Notes: generated by a model not told the origin, from the letters alone. 64,000 bases of DNA from Chloroflexota bacterium (GCA_002718415.1 PBEM01000012.1:22648-86647); one strand, 5' to 3'. Counted from the first letter of the stretch, positions 8,135-18,305 are shown. Numbers and translations are program-made.

Positions 8135-10021
8135 TTGCAAAAGTCTGAAAATAAAAAACAAAATAATCCTCCAAAAGCTTCAATAAAAAGAAATACTTTT
8201 TTTGATGAAGAAATTTTTGGCACAGCTTATGATCAAAAAATAGTAAAAAGGTTCGGCAAATACCTTAAACCTTTTAAGAAACAAATAATCTATGCAATCA
8301 TTGCAGTAATATTTTTTTCTATTTCTTCGGTTTTACTACCTTTAATTGTAAAATATACCATCGATTCGGCTCTTATAGAAAATAATACGGTGGATAAAAT
8401 TTTTGTTTTCTGTATAGCGGCATTTTTTGTTGGGATACTAATTAATTTTATTTCTGGATATCTACAAGAAATGATAATTGGTAAAGTTGGGGAAAAAGTT
8501 CTTATAGATCTTAGAAGAAGTATGTTTGAACATTTACAGAGAGTTTCTCTGTCTTTTATGGATAAAACAGAAGTTGGTAGAATGATGTCTAGGCTTCAAG
8601 GTGACGTAGCTGCATTACAAGAATTTTTACATACCATTACAATTGGCATAGGTGATTTGCTACTGATTATTGGTATTATTTTTGCTTTATTTTTTCTTGA
8701 CTGGAAATTAGCAATAATGATGGTAGGGGTTATTCCAGTTTTACTATTAGTAAGAATCTTATGGTTACCATATGCCAGAAGAGCTTTTCTTAAATCAAGA
8801 GTAACAGCATCTATAGTAAGCGGCGCTCTATCTGAAAATATTAATGGTGTAAGAGCTGTACAAGGATTAACTAGAGAAAAAGTAAACTATTCTTTATTTG
8901 ATGTATTAGCTCATGATAATCTAAAGGCCCAAAACAAAGCTACAAGATATAGTGTAATAATGATGCCAATTGTTGATACACTTACAGGAATTTCCTTAAG
9001 TGTAATTACTATTGGTGGAGGCTTACTTATAACAAATGGAAGCCTACAAATTGGTACTTTAGTAGCTTTTATATTATATGTCCAAAGATTTTTTGATCCT
9101 ATAAGAGCCTTAACAATGCATTATTCTGTATTTCAAAGAGCTATGGCATCTGGAGAAAGAATTTTTGAAATTATAGATGTTCCAGTAGATGTGAAAGATA
9201 AAAGAGGAGCCAAAAAATTAACAAATATAGACGGTTCAATAATCTTCAATAACGTCACTTTCGGTTATGTTGAAAATCAACCTGTATTAAAAAATATAAG
9301 CTTTAATATTGACCCAGGAGAGACTGTAGCATTGGTAGGACCAACTGGTTCCGGGAAAACATCAATAACATCTTTAACACATAGATTTTATGATGTATGG
9401 GATGGAGAAATAATTATCGGAGGAAAAGATATTAGATCTGTAACACAAAAATCTTTAGGTGAGAACGTAGGAATGGTACTTCAAGAACCTTTCTTATTTA
9501 CTGGATCAATTTTAGATAATATAAAATATTCACATACTAAAGCTACCAGAGCTGATGTAGTTGAAGCATCAAAAGCTGTGGGAGCACATGATTTCATTAT
9601 GAAGCTACCGAATACATATGACACATTACTAGAACAAAGAGGATCAAATATATCTTTAGGTCAAAGGCAGTTACTATCATTCGCTAGAGCTATAGTAGCT
9701 GACACAAAAATATTAATACTTGATGAAGCTACTGCTAGTATTGATAGTTATACCGAAATGTTAATTCAAAGGGCACTAGCAAAATTATTACAAAATAGAA
9801 CAGGTATGGTTATTGCACATAGACTGGCAACAATTAGAGGAGCGGATAGAATTATCGTTTTGCAAGAAGGAAAAATTATTGAAACTGGTAATCATGATGA
9901 ATTAGTATCTTTGGGAGGATTATATTCTAAAATGTATTCCTTAAACTACTCCTCTTTTGATGATATACCTGACGAATTAATAAAATCTGCCAGTATAGAA
10001 TTGAATGAAGAAACTACTTAG
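8135..10021 (+). CDS. ABC exporter, fused permease/ATPase (half-transporter 2)
   Basis: 628 aa. TTG start 2 nt after the partner gene. Walker A is GPTGSGKTS, signature ISLGQRQL, Walker B ILILDEATASID. It probably forms a heterodimer with the upstream gene. Confidence 0.9.
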   Translation: MQKSENKKQNNPPKASIKRNTFFDEEIFGTAYDQKIVKRFGKYLKPFKKQIIYAIIAVIFFSISSVLLPLIVKYTIDSALIENNTVDKIFVFCIAAFFVGILINFISGYLQEMIIGKVGEKVLIDLRRSMFEHLQRVSLSFMDKTEVGRMMSRLQGDVAALQEFLHTITIGIGDLLLIIGIIFALFFLDWKLAIMMVGVIPVLLLVRILWLPYARRAFLKSRVTASIVSGALSENINGVRAVQGLTREKVNYSLFDVLAHDNLKAQNKATRYSVIMMPIVDTLTGISLSVITIGGGLLITNGSLQIGTLVAFILYVQRFFDPIRALTMHYSVFQRAMASGERIFEIIDVPVDVKDKRGAKKLTNIDGSIIFNNVTFGYVENQPVLKNISFNIDPGETVALVGPTGSGKTSITSLTHRFYDVWDGEIIIGGKDIRSVTQKSLGENVGMVLQEPFLFTGSILDNIKYSHTKATRADVVEASKAVGAHDFIMKLPNTYDTLLEQRGSNISLGQRQLLSFARAIVADTKILILDEATASIDSYTEMLIQRALAKLLQNRTGMVIAHRLATIRGADRIIVLQEGKIIETGNHDELVSLGGLYSKMYSLNYSSFDDIPDELIKSASIELNEETT

Positions 10022-11092
10022 TTAAACTAATTTCCCCTGAATATTATCGTCTACAGTATAACCTAAGTGTACAATACCTTTATTTGTTATCTTTCTTCCT
10101 TGTGAAGTTCTAACCAAAAAGCCTATTTTTAGTAAAAATGGTTCAACTACATCTTCTAAAGTTTGTTGATCTTCATTAACTGTTGCCGCAAGAGCTTGTA
10201 TCCCAGCTGGTCCACCCTGATAATTATTAAACAGAGTATTAAGATATACTCTATCCAAACGATCAAGACCTAAAGAATCTACTCCTTCTTTATCTAGTGC
10301 TTCGGTAACTATATCAATGTGTAGATTACCATAATTTTTTACTTGACAATAATCTCTAACTCTTCTCAATAAGCGATTAGCTATCCTAGGAGTCCCTCTA
10401 GATCTTTTTGCAATTTCTTTGGCAGAAGATTTATCTATTTGTAATCCTAATATGCCTGAAGAACGCGTTATTACTTTGGATAATTCTTCTATTGAGTAAT
10501 AATCTAAATGATAAGATAATCCAAATCGCTCTCTAAGAGGAGCACTTAACATACCTACCCTAGTTGTGGAACCTATAAGGGTAAATGGTAATAAAGGTAA
10601 ATTAATTGTTTTAGCAAATGCACCAGAACCAGTCACAAAATCTACTCTAAAATCTTCCATAGCTGAATATAAATATTCTTCTACAGAATTAGAAAGGCGA
10701 TGAATTTCATCTATAAACAAAATATCTGATTTATTTAAATTTGATAAAAGCCCTACAACATCTGCTGGTCTATCTAGAGCTGGTCCAGAAGTATGAATCA
10801 ATTGACTTCCTATTTCTCGAGAAATAATATGTGCAATAGTTGTCTTGCCTAGACCAGGAGGCCCATGAAATAAAGAATGGTCAAGAGGGTCCCCTCTTTC
10901 TTTAGCCGCAGATACTGCTATAGCTATACTTTGAACGACAGATTCCTGACCAACATAATCTAAAAATTGCTTAGGACGTAAATCATTAACTTTATATTCA
11001 GATTCTAGGTTATTATTTCCATTTGAATTATCAATAAAATCTTCTTTTGAAGATTTTAATATTCTTTCTCTACTTTCCGAATTATTTTCCAT
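10022..11092 (-). CDS. ruvB: Holliday junction helicase RuvB
   Basis: 356 aa. AAA+ Walker A GPPGLGKTT, Walker B ILFIDEIHRL, and a RuvB C-terminal winged helix. Confidence 0.95.
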   Translation of the reverse strand: MENNSESRERILKSSKEDFIDNSNGNNNLESEYKVNDLRPKQFLDYVGQESVVQSIAIAVSAAKERGDPLDHSLFHGPPGLGKTTIAHIISREIGSQLIHTSGPALDRPADVVGLLSNLNKSDILFIDEIHRLSNSVEEYLYSAMEDFRVDFVTGSGAFAKTINLPLLPFTLIGSTTRVGMLSAPLRERFGLSYHLDYYSIEELSKVITRSSGILGLQIDKSSAKEIAKRSRGTPRIANRLLRRVRDYCQVKNYGNLHIDIVTEALDKEGVDSLGLDRLDRVYLNTLFNNYQGGPAGIQALAATVNEDQQTLEDVVEPFLLKIGFLVRTSQGRKITNKGIVHLGYTVDDNIQGKLV

Positions 11093-11110
11093 TTTTCTAA
11101 TAAAGTCTAA

Positions 11111-11746
11111 TTACTTAATCTTGTTTTTGAAAACTTCTTTTATTATATCTTCAGTTGATTCTATAACCTCTGAAGATTTATTTATTACTTCATCAACTTG
11201 ATTTTTAGCTTCATTATTTCTATATCCTAAAGTTAGTAAAGCTTCAATTGCTTCATTACGTATATTAATTTGTTTTGTATTATCATCTATTTCTTGGATC
11301 AAACCATCTCTCAACAATGCAGTAGCACTTACCTTACCTCTTAATGTAGCAATAATTTTTTGAGCAGCTCTATTACCTATACCAGGTAATTGTTGAAGAA
11401 TAGAAATATCTTCAGTTTCAATAGCTGATGCTATGGTAGACACTGGCAATACTAATGCAGATGCTGCCTTAATAGGTCCAATACCTTCTACTTGTACAAG
11501 TTGTTCAAAAAAAGTTCTCTCAGCGGCATGGCGAAAACCAACTAAAAGAGGTTTAGGTTGCCTTTCAGTAATATGATAATAAATTTCTAATTCTATAAAA
11601 TCATCTTTTTTTAAATTACTTAACTTAATAGATTCATACACAAAAACAGGTAAATTTATTTGATAACCTATATCATTTGCCAAAACAATAATAGAGCATG
11701 GATCTTGGTTTATTTCTCGTATTATACCTTTAATGTAAGTTATCAT
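11111..11746 (-). CDS. ruvA: Holliday junction DNA-binding protein RuvA
   Basis: Starts at the internal ATG 11746 (MITYIKGIIREI...GYQINLP), which matches canonical RuvA N-termini. The track's start at 11788 would overlap ruvC by 40 nt. Confidence 0.9.
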   Translation of the reverse strand: MITYIKGIIREINQDPCSIIVLANDIGYQINLPVFVYESIKLSNLKKDDFIELEIYYHITERQPKPLLVGFRHAAERTFFEQLVQVEGIGPIKAASALVLPVSTIASAIETEDISILQQLPGIGNRAAQKIIATLRGKVSATALLRDGLIQEIDDNTKQINIRNEAIEALLTLGYRNNEAKNQVDEVINKSSEVIESTEDIIKEVFKNKIK

Positions 11747-11748
11747 TA

Positions 11749-12252
11749 TTAACTTCTTTGTAAAGAATTCCTTACCATAGCATGACACAACGCTATTGAA
11801 AAAGCATCAGCAACATGCTCATTTTTAGTGACTTGTATTTCACCTAGATGCATAGAAACAGCCTGTTTAATCTGATCTTTACTAGCTCTTCCAAATCCAG
11901 AAACTAAATTCTTAGCTTTCGTAGGTTGATAATCTATTACATTTATATTTGATCTACCTGCAGCCATAACAATAACACCTCTAGCATGCCCCATCAATAT
12001 AGCTGTTTTCGCAAATTTTACACGTGAATGTAGATCTTCTATAGCCATTTCAACAGGAGAAAATTCTTCAATAATTTGTGATATGTTTTCAAAAATTATA
12101 TGTAGTCTTTTTTCGATAGGATCAGAAGATTTAGTTCGTATAACACCACCTTCTACAGCCTTAAAATGGTTAAAATTTACGTCTAAAATTCCATATCCAG
12201 TGTTACTCAATCCTGGATCAATCCCAATAATTCTTAACTTTTGATTAATCAT
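11749..12252 (-). CDS. ruvC: Holliday junction resolvase RuvC
   Basis: 167 aa. IIGIDPGLSNTGYGI with the catalytic Asp, in ruvC-ruvA-ruvB order. Confidence 0.9.
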   Translation of the reverse strand: MINQKLRIIGIDPGLSNTGYGILDVNFNHFKAVEGGVIRTKSSDPIEKRLHIIFENISQIIEEFSPVEMAIEDLHSRVKFAKTAILMGHARGVIVMAAGRSNINVIDYQPTKAKNLVSGFGRASKDQIKQAVSMHLGEIQVTKNEHVADAFSIALCHAMVRNSLQRS

Positions 12253-12367
12253 TGTAATTATTCCTAAGTAATTAAATATTATCTAAATTGTATTAAAAGA
12301 CCAATTTTATTCGACATCATTAAGAAATAAATTTTACTTTATCGTTTTTTCAGGGTTACAATAAATT

Positions 12368-13510
12368 ATGCAATCTTTTTATAGTGAACAACAAAAAATT
12401 CTACAACAAACTGCTAGAGAATTCTCTATTGCTGAACTTGCTCCTAAAGCACATGAAATTGATGAAAAAGAACTATTTCCAATTGATCAATTTAAAGGCT
12501 TAGCTAACTTAGGTTTAACTGGGTTAACCTTAGATTCAGAATTTGGTGGATCAGGAGGGGAATATGTAGATATGATGGTTGTGATTGAAGAAATTGCATC
12601 TGTTTGTGGGTCTACTAGCACTATACTGATAACCCACGTATCTTTAGGTTCGCAAACAATTAGCAGATTTGGTAATTTTGACCAAAAAACAAAATGGTTA
12701 CCTTTACTTTCTACTGGAAAAAAAATAGCGGCTTTTTCTCTTAGTGAACCACAAAACGGTTCTGATGCTTTAGGATTAAACACAAAAATCTCAAAACATG
12801 ATACTAATAGTTATCTATTGAATGGAAGCAAAATTTTTACAACTAATGGAGAAGTTGCAGATGTATTTGTTGTTTTCTGTACAAGTGATAAAGAAGCAGG
12901 ATATAAGGGAATAAGTGCATTAATTGTAGATAAAAATACAAAAGGTTTAAGTGTAATTCCACAACACGGTAAGTTGGGAATGAGAGGATCTTCTACGGCA
13001 GAAATAATATTCGATAATTGTATTATTCCAGTCGAAAACAGAATAAAGGATGAAGGAGATGGATATTCAATTGCCTTACAAATTTTAGATTCTAGTCGTA
13101 TCATGATAGCAGCTCAATGTGTAGGCCTTGCTCAAGGTGCGATGAATGCAGCTTTAGATTACTCTAAACAAAGACGAACCTTTAATAAACCAATTAGCCA
13201 ACATCAAAGTATATCTTTTATGCTAGCGGATATGGCTACTGAATTAGATGCTGCAAGATTAATGACATGGAGAGCCGCTAAAAGACATGATGAAGGACTT
13301 ACTTATTCCAAAGAGGCAGCAATGGCAAAATTGTTTTCTTCAGAAGTTTGCGGAAGGGTTGTAGATAAAGCATTACAAATTCATGGTGGTACAGGTTATT
13401 TTAAACCTTCAATAGTAGAAAGAATGTATAGAGATCAAAGAGTTACTGAAATTTATGAAGGAACTTCTGAAATACAAAGATTAGTTATAAGTAGAGCTAT
13501 TCTAAAATAA
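12368..13510 (+). CDS. Acyl-CoA dehydrogenase (short/medium-chain type)
   Basis: 380 aa. ACAD N, middle and C-terminal domains, with the C-terminal motif RVTEIYEGTSEIQRLVISR. Confidence 0.85.
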   Translation: MQSFYSEQQKILQQTAREFSIAELAPKAHEIDEKELFPIDQFKGLANLGLTGLTLDSEFGGSGGEYVDMMVVIEEIASVCGSTSTILITHVSLGSQTISRFGNFDQKTKWLPLLSTGKKIAAFSLSEPQNGSDALGLNTKISKHDTNSYLLNGSKIFTTNGEVADVFVVFCTSDKEAGYKGISALIVDKNTKGLSVIPQHGKLGMRGSSTAEIIFDNCIIPVENRIKDEGDGYSIALQILDSSRIMIAAQCVGLAQGAMNAALDYSKQRRTFNKPISQHQSISFMLADMATELDAARLMTWRAAKRHDEGLTYSKEAAMAKLFSSEVCGRVVDKALQIHGGTGYFKPSIVERMYRDQRVTEIYEGTSEIQRLVISRAILK

Positions 13511-13517
13511 AAGAATA

Positions 13518-13982
13518 ATGATATTTAACGTCGCAACATTATTATCCAAAAATGTTGGGGAAAAAAGAAAACATAAATTCAAACTAGAGAATTTTTCAGC
13601 TGGAAAACAAAATTTTATTGACATTGTTTGTAAAATTACAATGCTCAAAACACATAAGAATATATTAGTTTATGGAGATATAGGAGCTAAATATAAAGAT
13701 TATTGTGATAGATGTTTACAATCAATAATGATGAATCTAGAAACAAATTTTGAAGAAGAATTTATTAGTTTTTATAATATTGAAGATACTATTATCCAAA
13801 ATAAATTTCATGGTTCTAATAAATACGTAATAGATATCTATAATCAAATAGACCTTTATGAAATATTGAAAGATTATTTAGTTTCAGTGATTCCTATAAA
13901 AAAATTATGTGAAGATAATTGCCTCGGATTATGTAAAATATGTTTGGCTAATCTGAATCTAAAAAAATGTATTTGTGCATAA
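13518..13982 (+). CDS. yceD: YceD/DUF177 family protein
   Basis: 154 aa, directly upstream of rpmF in the classic yceD-rpmF arrangement. It has a C-terminal Cys cluster CEDNCLGLCKIC. Confidence 0.65.
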   Translation: MIFNVATLLSKNVGEKRKHKFKLENFSAGKQNFIDIVCKITMLKTHKNILVYGDIGAKYKDYCDRCLQSIMMNLETNFEEEFISFYNIEDTIIQNKFHGSNKYVIDIYNQIDLYEILKDYLVSVIPIKKLCEDNCLGLCKICLANLNLKKCICA

Positions 13983-14057
13983 AGTTTAAAAAATCTGTAC
14001 CTGTATATACTTGAAAAACTAATAAATTAGGTCCAAAATTATATCCTGAGGAATATT

Positions 14058-14273
14058 ATGCCACCACTACCAAAGAAAAAACATTCTAGAGCGCGAAAAG
14101 GTAAACGTAATGCTCATAACTCAATTGAAAGTCCTGCCCTTTCAGTTTGTAACGGTTGTGATTCTGTTATACAGCCTCATAGAATATGTAATTTCTGCGG
14201 TAATTATAAAGGTAAAACTATGCCAGGAAATTGGGATTTGGATAATAGATTAGAATCAACCACTTCTGGATAG
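14058..14273 (+). CDS. rpmF: 50S ribosomal protein L32 (zinc-ribbon form, extended C-terminus)
   Basis: PKKKHSRARKGKRNAH followed by CNGC...PHRICNFCGNYKG. Confidence 0.85.
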   Translation: MPPLPKKKHSRARKGKRNAHNSIESPALSVCNGCDSVIQPHRICNFCGNYKGKTMPGNWDLDNRLESTTSG

Positions 14274-14290
14274 TTAACTAGGTTAAAAAC

Positions 14291-15223
14291 ATGTCAAAAG
14301 ATATCACAAAAACAGCATTCATTTTCCCTGGTCAAGGATCGCAAGATATAGGGATGGGGAAAAGTTTATATCTCAACTCTATTGCTGCAAGAGATGTATT
14401 TGATGAAGTAGATGAAATACTAGGTAGAAATCTTTCAAATTTAATGTTTGAAGGTGACAAAGATGAATTAACTCGTACAGAAAATGCTCAGCCAGCCATA
14501 TTAGCTACTTCAATAGCTTTATGGAGATCTATTGAGGAAACTACTGATACCATTTCAACTCCTTCTATAGTAGCAGGACACAGTTTAGGTGAATATTCTG
14601 CTCTAACAGTAGCTGGTGTTTTTTCAATTGCAGATGCAGTAAAATTAGTACTTGAAAGATGCAAACAGATGCAAATGGCATGTGATAAAAAACCAGGTGG
14701 AATGGTAGCTTTGATTGGCTTAGATGAAGTGACTGCTTTAGAGATATGCAATGATTCCGGTACAGAAATTTGTACTATCAATACACCAAAACAAATAATC
14801 ATTGGTGGTGACCATGCTTCCTTAGCTACAGCATTAGATCTGGCAACAGCAAGAGGAGCAAAAAAAGCTATCTCCCTAAAAGTAGATGGTGCTTTTCATT
14901 CATGCTTAATGTCTCCAGCTAAAAATGGACTAAAAACAGCAATGAATAATATTAAATTTTATGATCCATTAATTCCTATCATTGGTAATGTAAATGCTGA
15001 ACCTTTAAATACTGTAGATGAAATAAAAAAAGAACTCGAAATGCAATTAACTTCATGTGTACAGTGGAACAATTCGGTCACATATATGATGAATACAGGC
15101 ATTAATGATTTTTTTGAAATAGGACATGGAAAAATTCTTTCAGGAATAATGAAAAGAATTGATGGTTCTCCAACGGTTACATCCATTTCAAATTTTGATG
15201 ACGTCGAAAGTTATGCTACATAG
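14291..15223 (+). CDS. fabD: Malonyl-CoA:ACP transacylase
   Basis: 310 aa. Carries FPGQGSQ, the GHSLGEYSAL active-site Ser, and GAFHS. Confidence 0.9.
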   Translation: MSKDITKTAFIFPGQGSQDIGMGKSLYLNSIAARDVFDEVDEILGRNLSNLMFEGDKDELTRTENAQPAILATSIALWRSIEETTDTISTPSIVAGHSLGEYSALTVAGVFSIADAVKLVLERCKQMQMACDKKPGGMVALIGLDEVTALEICNDSGTEICTINTPKQIIIGGDHASLATALDLATARGAKKAISLKVDGAFHSCLMSPAKNGLKTAMNNIKFYDPLIPIIGNVNAEPLNTVDEIKKELEMQLTSCVQWNNSVTYMMNTGINDFFEIGHGKILSGIMKRIDGSPTVTSISNFDDVESYAT

Positions 15224-15234
15224 TAATATGTAAA

Positions 15235-15696
15235 ATGCAATCAGACAATTTAGATATATTAGTAGAGGGGAATAGGGTGTCAGAATCAACTCCAAAAGTT
15301 GTTGATGGAAGAAGAAAAGCTAGAATAATTTCTGTGCAAAGTCTTTATGAATCTGAAATGTCTGGTATTGAATTATCAAAGATTTCTGAAAGGTTGTTAG
15401 AAAATCAAAAGATTGGAAAAAAAGATAAAGAACTAACTCGAAATATACTAAAAAATATTACAGAAAAAGCTGACCTTATTGATAAGAAAATATCTAGCGC
15501 TACAGTAGGATTCAATATTAACGAAATGTCTTCAGTAGATAGAAATTCACTCCGTGTTGCTATTTCAGAATCCATAATTGATCCCAATTTACCAAAACCT
15601 ATAATAATTAATGAGTCTATAGAAGTAGCATCATGTTTAGGTTCTGATTCATCAGGATCATTAATAAATGGTATTCTTGTAACACTGTTATTATAA
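15235..15696 (+). CDS. nusB: Transcription antitermination factor NusB
   Basis: 153 aa. RRKARIISVQSLYE near the N-terminus and a C-terminal INESIEVAS...SGSLINGIL pattern, both typical of NusB. Confidence 0.75.
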   Translation: MQSDNLDILVEGNRVSESTPKVVDGRRKARIISVQSLYESEMSGIELSKISERLLENQKIGKKDKELTRNILKNITEKADLIDKKISSATVGFNINEMSSVDRNSLRVAISESIIDPNLPKPIIINESIEVASCLGSDSSGSLINGILVTLLL

Positions 15697-15755
15697 TTAT
15701 AATTATATTATCGTTAAAATAAGAAAATAAATTTTATACACATGGAGGAAACAGA

Positions 15756-16013
15756 ATGGCCAGTGTGCTAGATAGGGTACGAGAAATCGCATCAGATAAG
15801 TTATCAGTAGATATAGAAGAAATTAAACCAGAATCTTCTTTCACAGAAGATTTAGAAGCAGATTCTTTGGATGTTGTGGAATTAATAATGGCGATTGAGG
15901 AAGAATTTGGAACTGATGATAATCCACTGGAAATTTCTGATGAGGATGCAGAAAAAATTCTTACGGTTAATGATGCTGTAACATATCTTAAATCTAATAA
16001 TATAAAAGATTAG
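15756..16013 (+). CDS. acpP: Acyl carrier protein
   Basis: 85 aa. [20 protein letters not shown] includes the phosphopantetheine Ser. GGAGGA lies upstream. Confidence 0.95.
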   Translation: MASVLDRVREIASDKLSVDIEEIKPESSFTEDLEADSLDVVELIMAIEEEFGTDDNPLEISDEDAEKILTVNDAVTYLKSNNIKD

Positions 16014-16066
16014 TTCAATATATATTTTTTCTAATATGAAATAATATTGCTCTCGAGAACTAACGG

Positions 16067-16660
16067 TTGTTAATAGATAAATCCGATAATTCAAATCACT
16101 TAAAAAAAATTAATGAATTAGTAATTACATGTAAAAAATGTAGTTTATCTTCAGGAAGAAAAAATGCTGTGCCAGGAGTGGGGCCGCCTTTTGCTACTTT
16201 AATGTTTGTCGGGGAAGCACCCGGGTCTAAAGAGGATGAAATTGGGTTGCCTTTTGTTGGAAAAGCTGGGAATCTACTAGAGAAACTGTTTATTGAAGTT
16301 CCTATTTATAGAGAAGATGTTTTTATCACTAATGTAGTAAAGTGTAGACCTCCAAATAATAGGAATCCTTTAGAAAATGAAATCTTATCATGCAAAAATT
16401 ATTTAATGAAACAAATCGAAATTATAAATCCAAGAATAATTGTTACACTGGGAAAATATGCCCTATTACATTTCATACCTACCGGAAAAATTTCGATAGA
16501 CCATGGGAAAAATATACCCTGGAAGAACAGAATATTATACCCTATCTATCATCCAGCTGCAGCTCTATATAATCCTAAAATATTAGAAACTCTAAAATTA
16601 GACATGTCAAGAATCCCAGAATTATTACGTTCTTCTTTATCAACAAAAAATAAAAAGTAA
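16067..16660 (+). CDS. Uracil-DNA glycosylase, family 4
   Basis: 197 aa. CKKCSL...MFVGEAPGSKEDEIGLPFVGKAGNLLEKL and HPAA motifs. The TTG start is uncertain. Confidence 0.85.
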   Translation: MLIDKSDNSNHLKKINELVITCKKCSLSSGRKNAVPGVGPPFATLMFVGEAPGSKEDEIGLPFVGKAGNLLEKLFIEVPIYREDVFITNVVKCRPPNNRNPLENEILSCKNYLMKQIEIINPRIIVTLGKYALLHFIPTGKISIDHGKNIPWKNRILYPIYHPAAALYNPKILETLKLDMSRIPELLRSSLSTKNKK

Positions 16661-16675
16661 TAAACTAAGATACAT

Positions 16676-18298
16676 ATGGAAATCATAGATTCAAATATAA
16701 AAATAATTCCTTTAGGTGGTCTCGGTGAAATCGGTAAAAATATGATGGTAATTGAACAAAATAACGAATTATTAATCATTGATGCTGGAGGTACATTCCC
16801 AGATGAAGAATTAGATGGAGTAAATATAATTATCCCAAATATCGATTATTTAGAAAAAAATCACAAGAAAATTAAAGGATTATTAATTACACATGGACAT
16901 GAAGATCATATTGCAGCAATACCATATTTGATTAAAAATTTAAAAGTACCTATTTATGCTCCAAAATTTGCTGTTGAAATAATTAAAAAAAAGAAACTTA
17001 AAACATCTTCTGTAGACATTACTACTATTAATATTGAAACGAAATATAAAATAGGAAATTTCAACGTTAAATGGTTTGAAGTTTGCCACTCAATACCCGA
17101 TTCCAATGGGATATGTATAGAAACAAATAATGGTAACATTATTCACACAGGTGATTTTAAAATTGATCATAATCCAATAATTGGAAATCCTTCAAACCTA
17201 GCAAACCTAGCAAACTTAGCAAATAATGAAACTTTGCTTTTAATGGCAGATTCTACTAATGCAGAAGAAGAAGGGTATTCAAGTTCAGATAAAGAAGTTT
17301 TTGAAAGTTTGTTTAGTATTATCTCAAAAACTAAAGGTAGAGTTTTTGTATGTAGTTTTGCTTCTCTAATTTCTAGAATGCAAATGATAAGTTTTATTGC
17401 AAAGCTATGTAAAAGAAAAATTTCGTTTGCTGGTAGAAGTATGATTAATAATTCTGAGATTTCAGAAAATCTTAAATATCTTGATTTAGAGGATAACGAT
17501 TTACCTTTAAACCAATGTTTAAAATTACCAGATAATCAAATAATAATAATGATAACTGGGTCACAAGGAGAAACCTCCTCCTCTCTAGTTAAATTATCTA
17601 ATAATGATCATAAAAAAATAAAAATAAAGGAAAATGACACAGTTATAATGTCAGCAAGTGTAATACCAGGAAATGAATTAGGAATTAATAAAGCAATAGA
17701 TGATCTTGTAAGGTTAGGTGCAAAGGTAATTACAAATAATAATCTAATTACTCACACAAGTGGTCATGGAAAAAAAGAAGAACTTAGAATGTTGATTAAT
17801 TTAATAAAGCCAAAAAATTACTTACCTATTCACGGAGATTATCGTATGTTGAAAGCAAATTATAATCTTGCCAAAGAATGTGGTATTAAGGATGAAAATG
17901 TTTTCTTAATAGAGGATGGAGAAATTTTAGAACTTAATAATACAAAGGGGCAGGTATCTGGTTCAATAAATAGTGGTGAAATATATTTAGATAATAACAA
18001 TAATATATCTAAACATAAAAAATATAATACAAAAACAGGTGTAATAATTTTTTGTAGTATAGACTATTCTTCTGAAAATTTATTTAAATCAATTGAGATT
18101 AAATCTTTTGGTATAACAAATAATAAAAAAAACATTAAACTTCTCGAAAAATTAAGTGACATTTTGAAAAGTTTAAATTTTCAAACCAATTCCACTATAA
18201 AGGAATTAGAATATAGCTTAGAAAAATCTTCTAAAGAGTTTTTACGTAAAAACATGGAATTTACTCCCATGGTAATTATTTCTACTATTGAAATATAA
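16676..18298 (+). CDS. rnj: Ribonuclease J
   Basis: 540 aa. Metallo-beta-lactamase/beta-CASP architecture with ITHGHEDHIAAIPYL, and later HTSGHG and HGDYRM. Confidence 0.9.
   Translation: MEIIDSNIKIIPLGGLGEIGKNMMVIEQNNELLIIDAGGTFPDEELDGVNIIIPNIDYLEKNHKKIKGLLITHGHEDHIAAIPYLIKNLKVPIYAPKFAVEIIKKKKLKTSSVDITTINIETKYKIGNFNVKWFEVCHSIPDSNGICIETNNGNIIHTGDFKIDHNPIIGNPSNLANLANLANNETLLLMADSTNAEEEGYSSSDKEVFESLFSIISKTKGRVFVCSFASLISRMQMISFIAKLCKRKISFAGRSMINNSEISENLKYLDLEDNDLPLNQCLKLPDNQIIIMITGSQGETSSSLVKLSNNDHKKIKIKENDTVIMSASVIPGNELGINKAIDDLVRLGAKVITNNNLITHTSGHGKKEELRMLINLIKPKNYLPIHGDYRMLKANYNLAKECGIKDENVFLIEDGEILELNNTKGQVSGSINSGEIYLDNNNNISKHKKYNTKTGVIIFCSIDYSSENLFKSIEIKSFGITNNKKNIKLLEKLSDILKSLNFQTNSTIKELEYSLEKSSKEFLRKNMEFTPMVIISTIEI
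17194..17220 (+). repeat. In-frame 9-bp tandem repeat x3 inside rnj
   Basis: aaacctagc / aaacctagc / aaacttagc, encoding NLANLANLAN. Confidence 0.9.
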
Positions 18299-18305
18299 TA
18301 CATTC

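Noticed and set aside
11747-11788. The track's N-terminal extension of RuvA (MSCYGKEFFTKKLI...).
   Set aside because: It would overlap ruvC by 40 nt, and the residues are not RuvA-like. The internal ATG 11746 gives a canonical RuvA N-terminus 2 nt after the ruvC stop.
18288-18305. TTG-initiated 6-codon extension of FtsK overlapping the rnj stop.
   Set aside because: An ATG at 18306 follows immediately. The extension is unconserved-looking (MKYNTF). It remains only a possible alternative.
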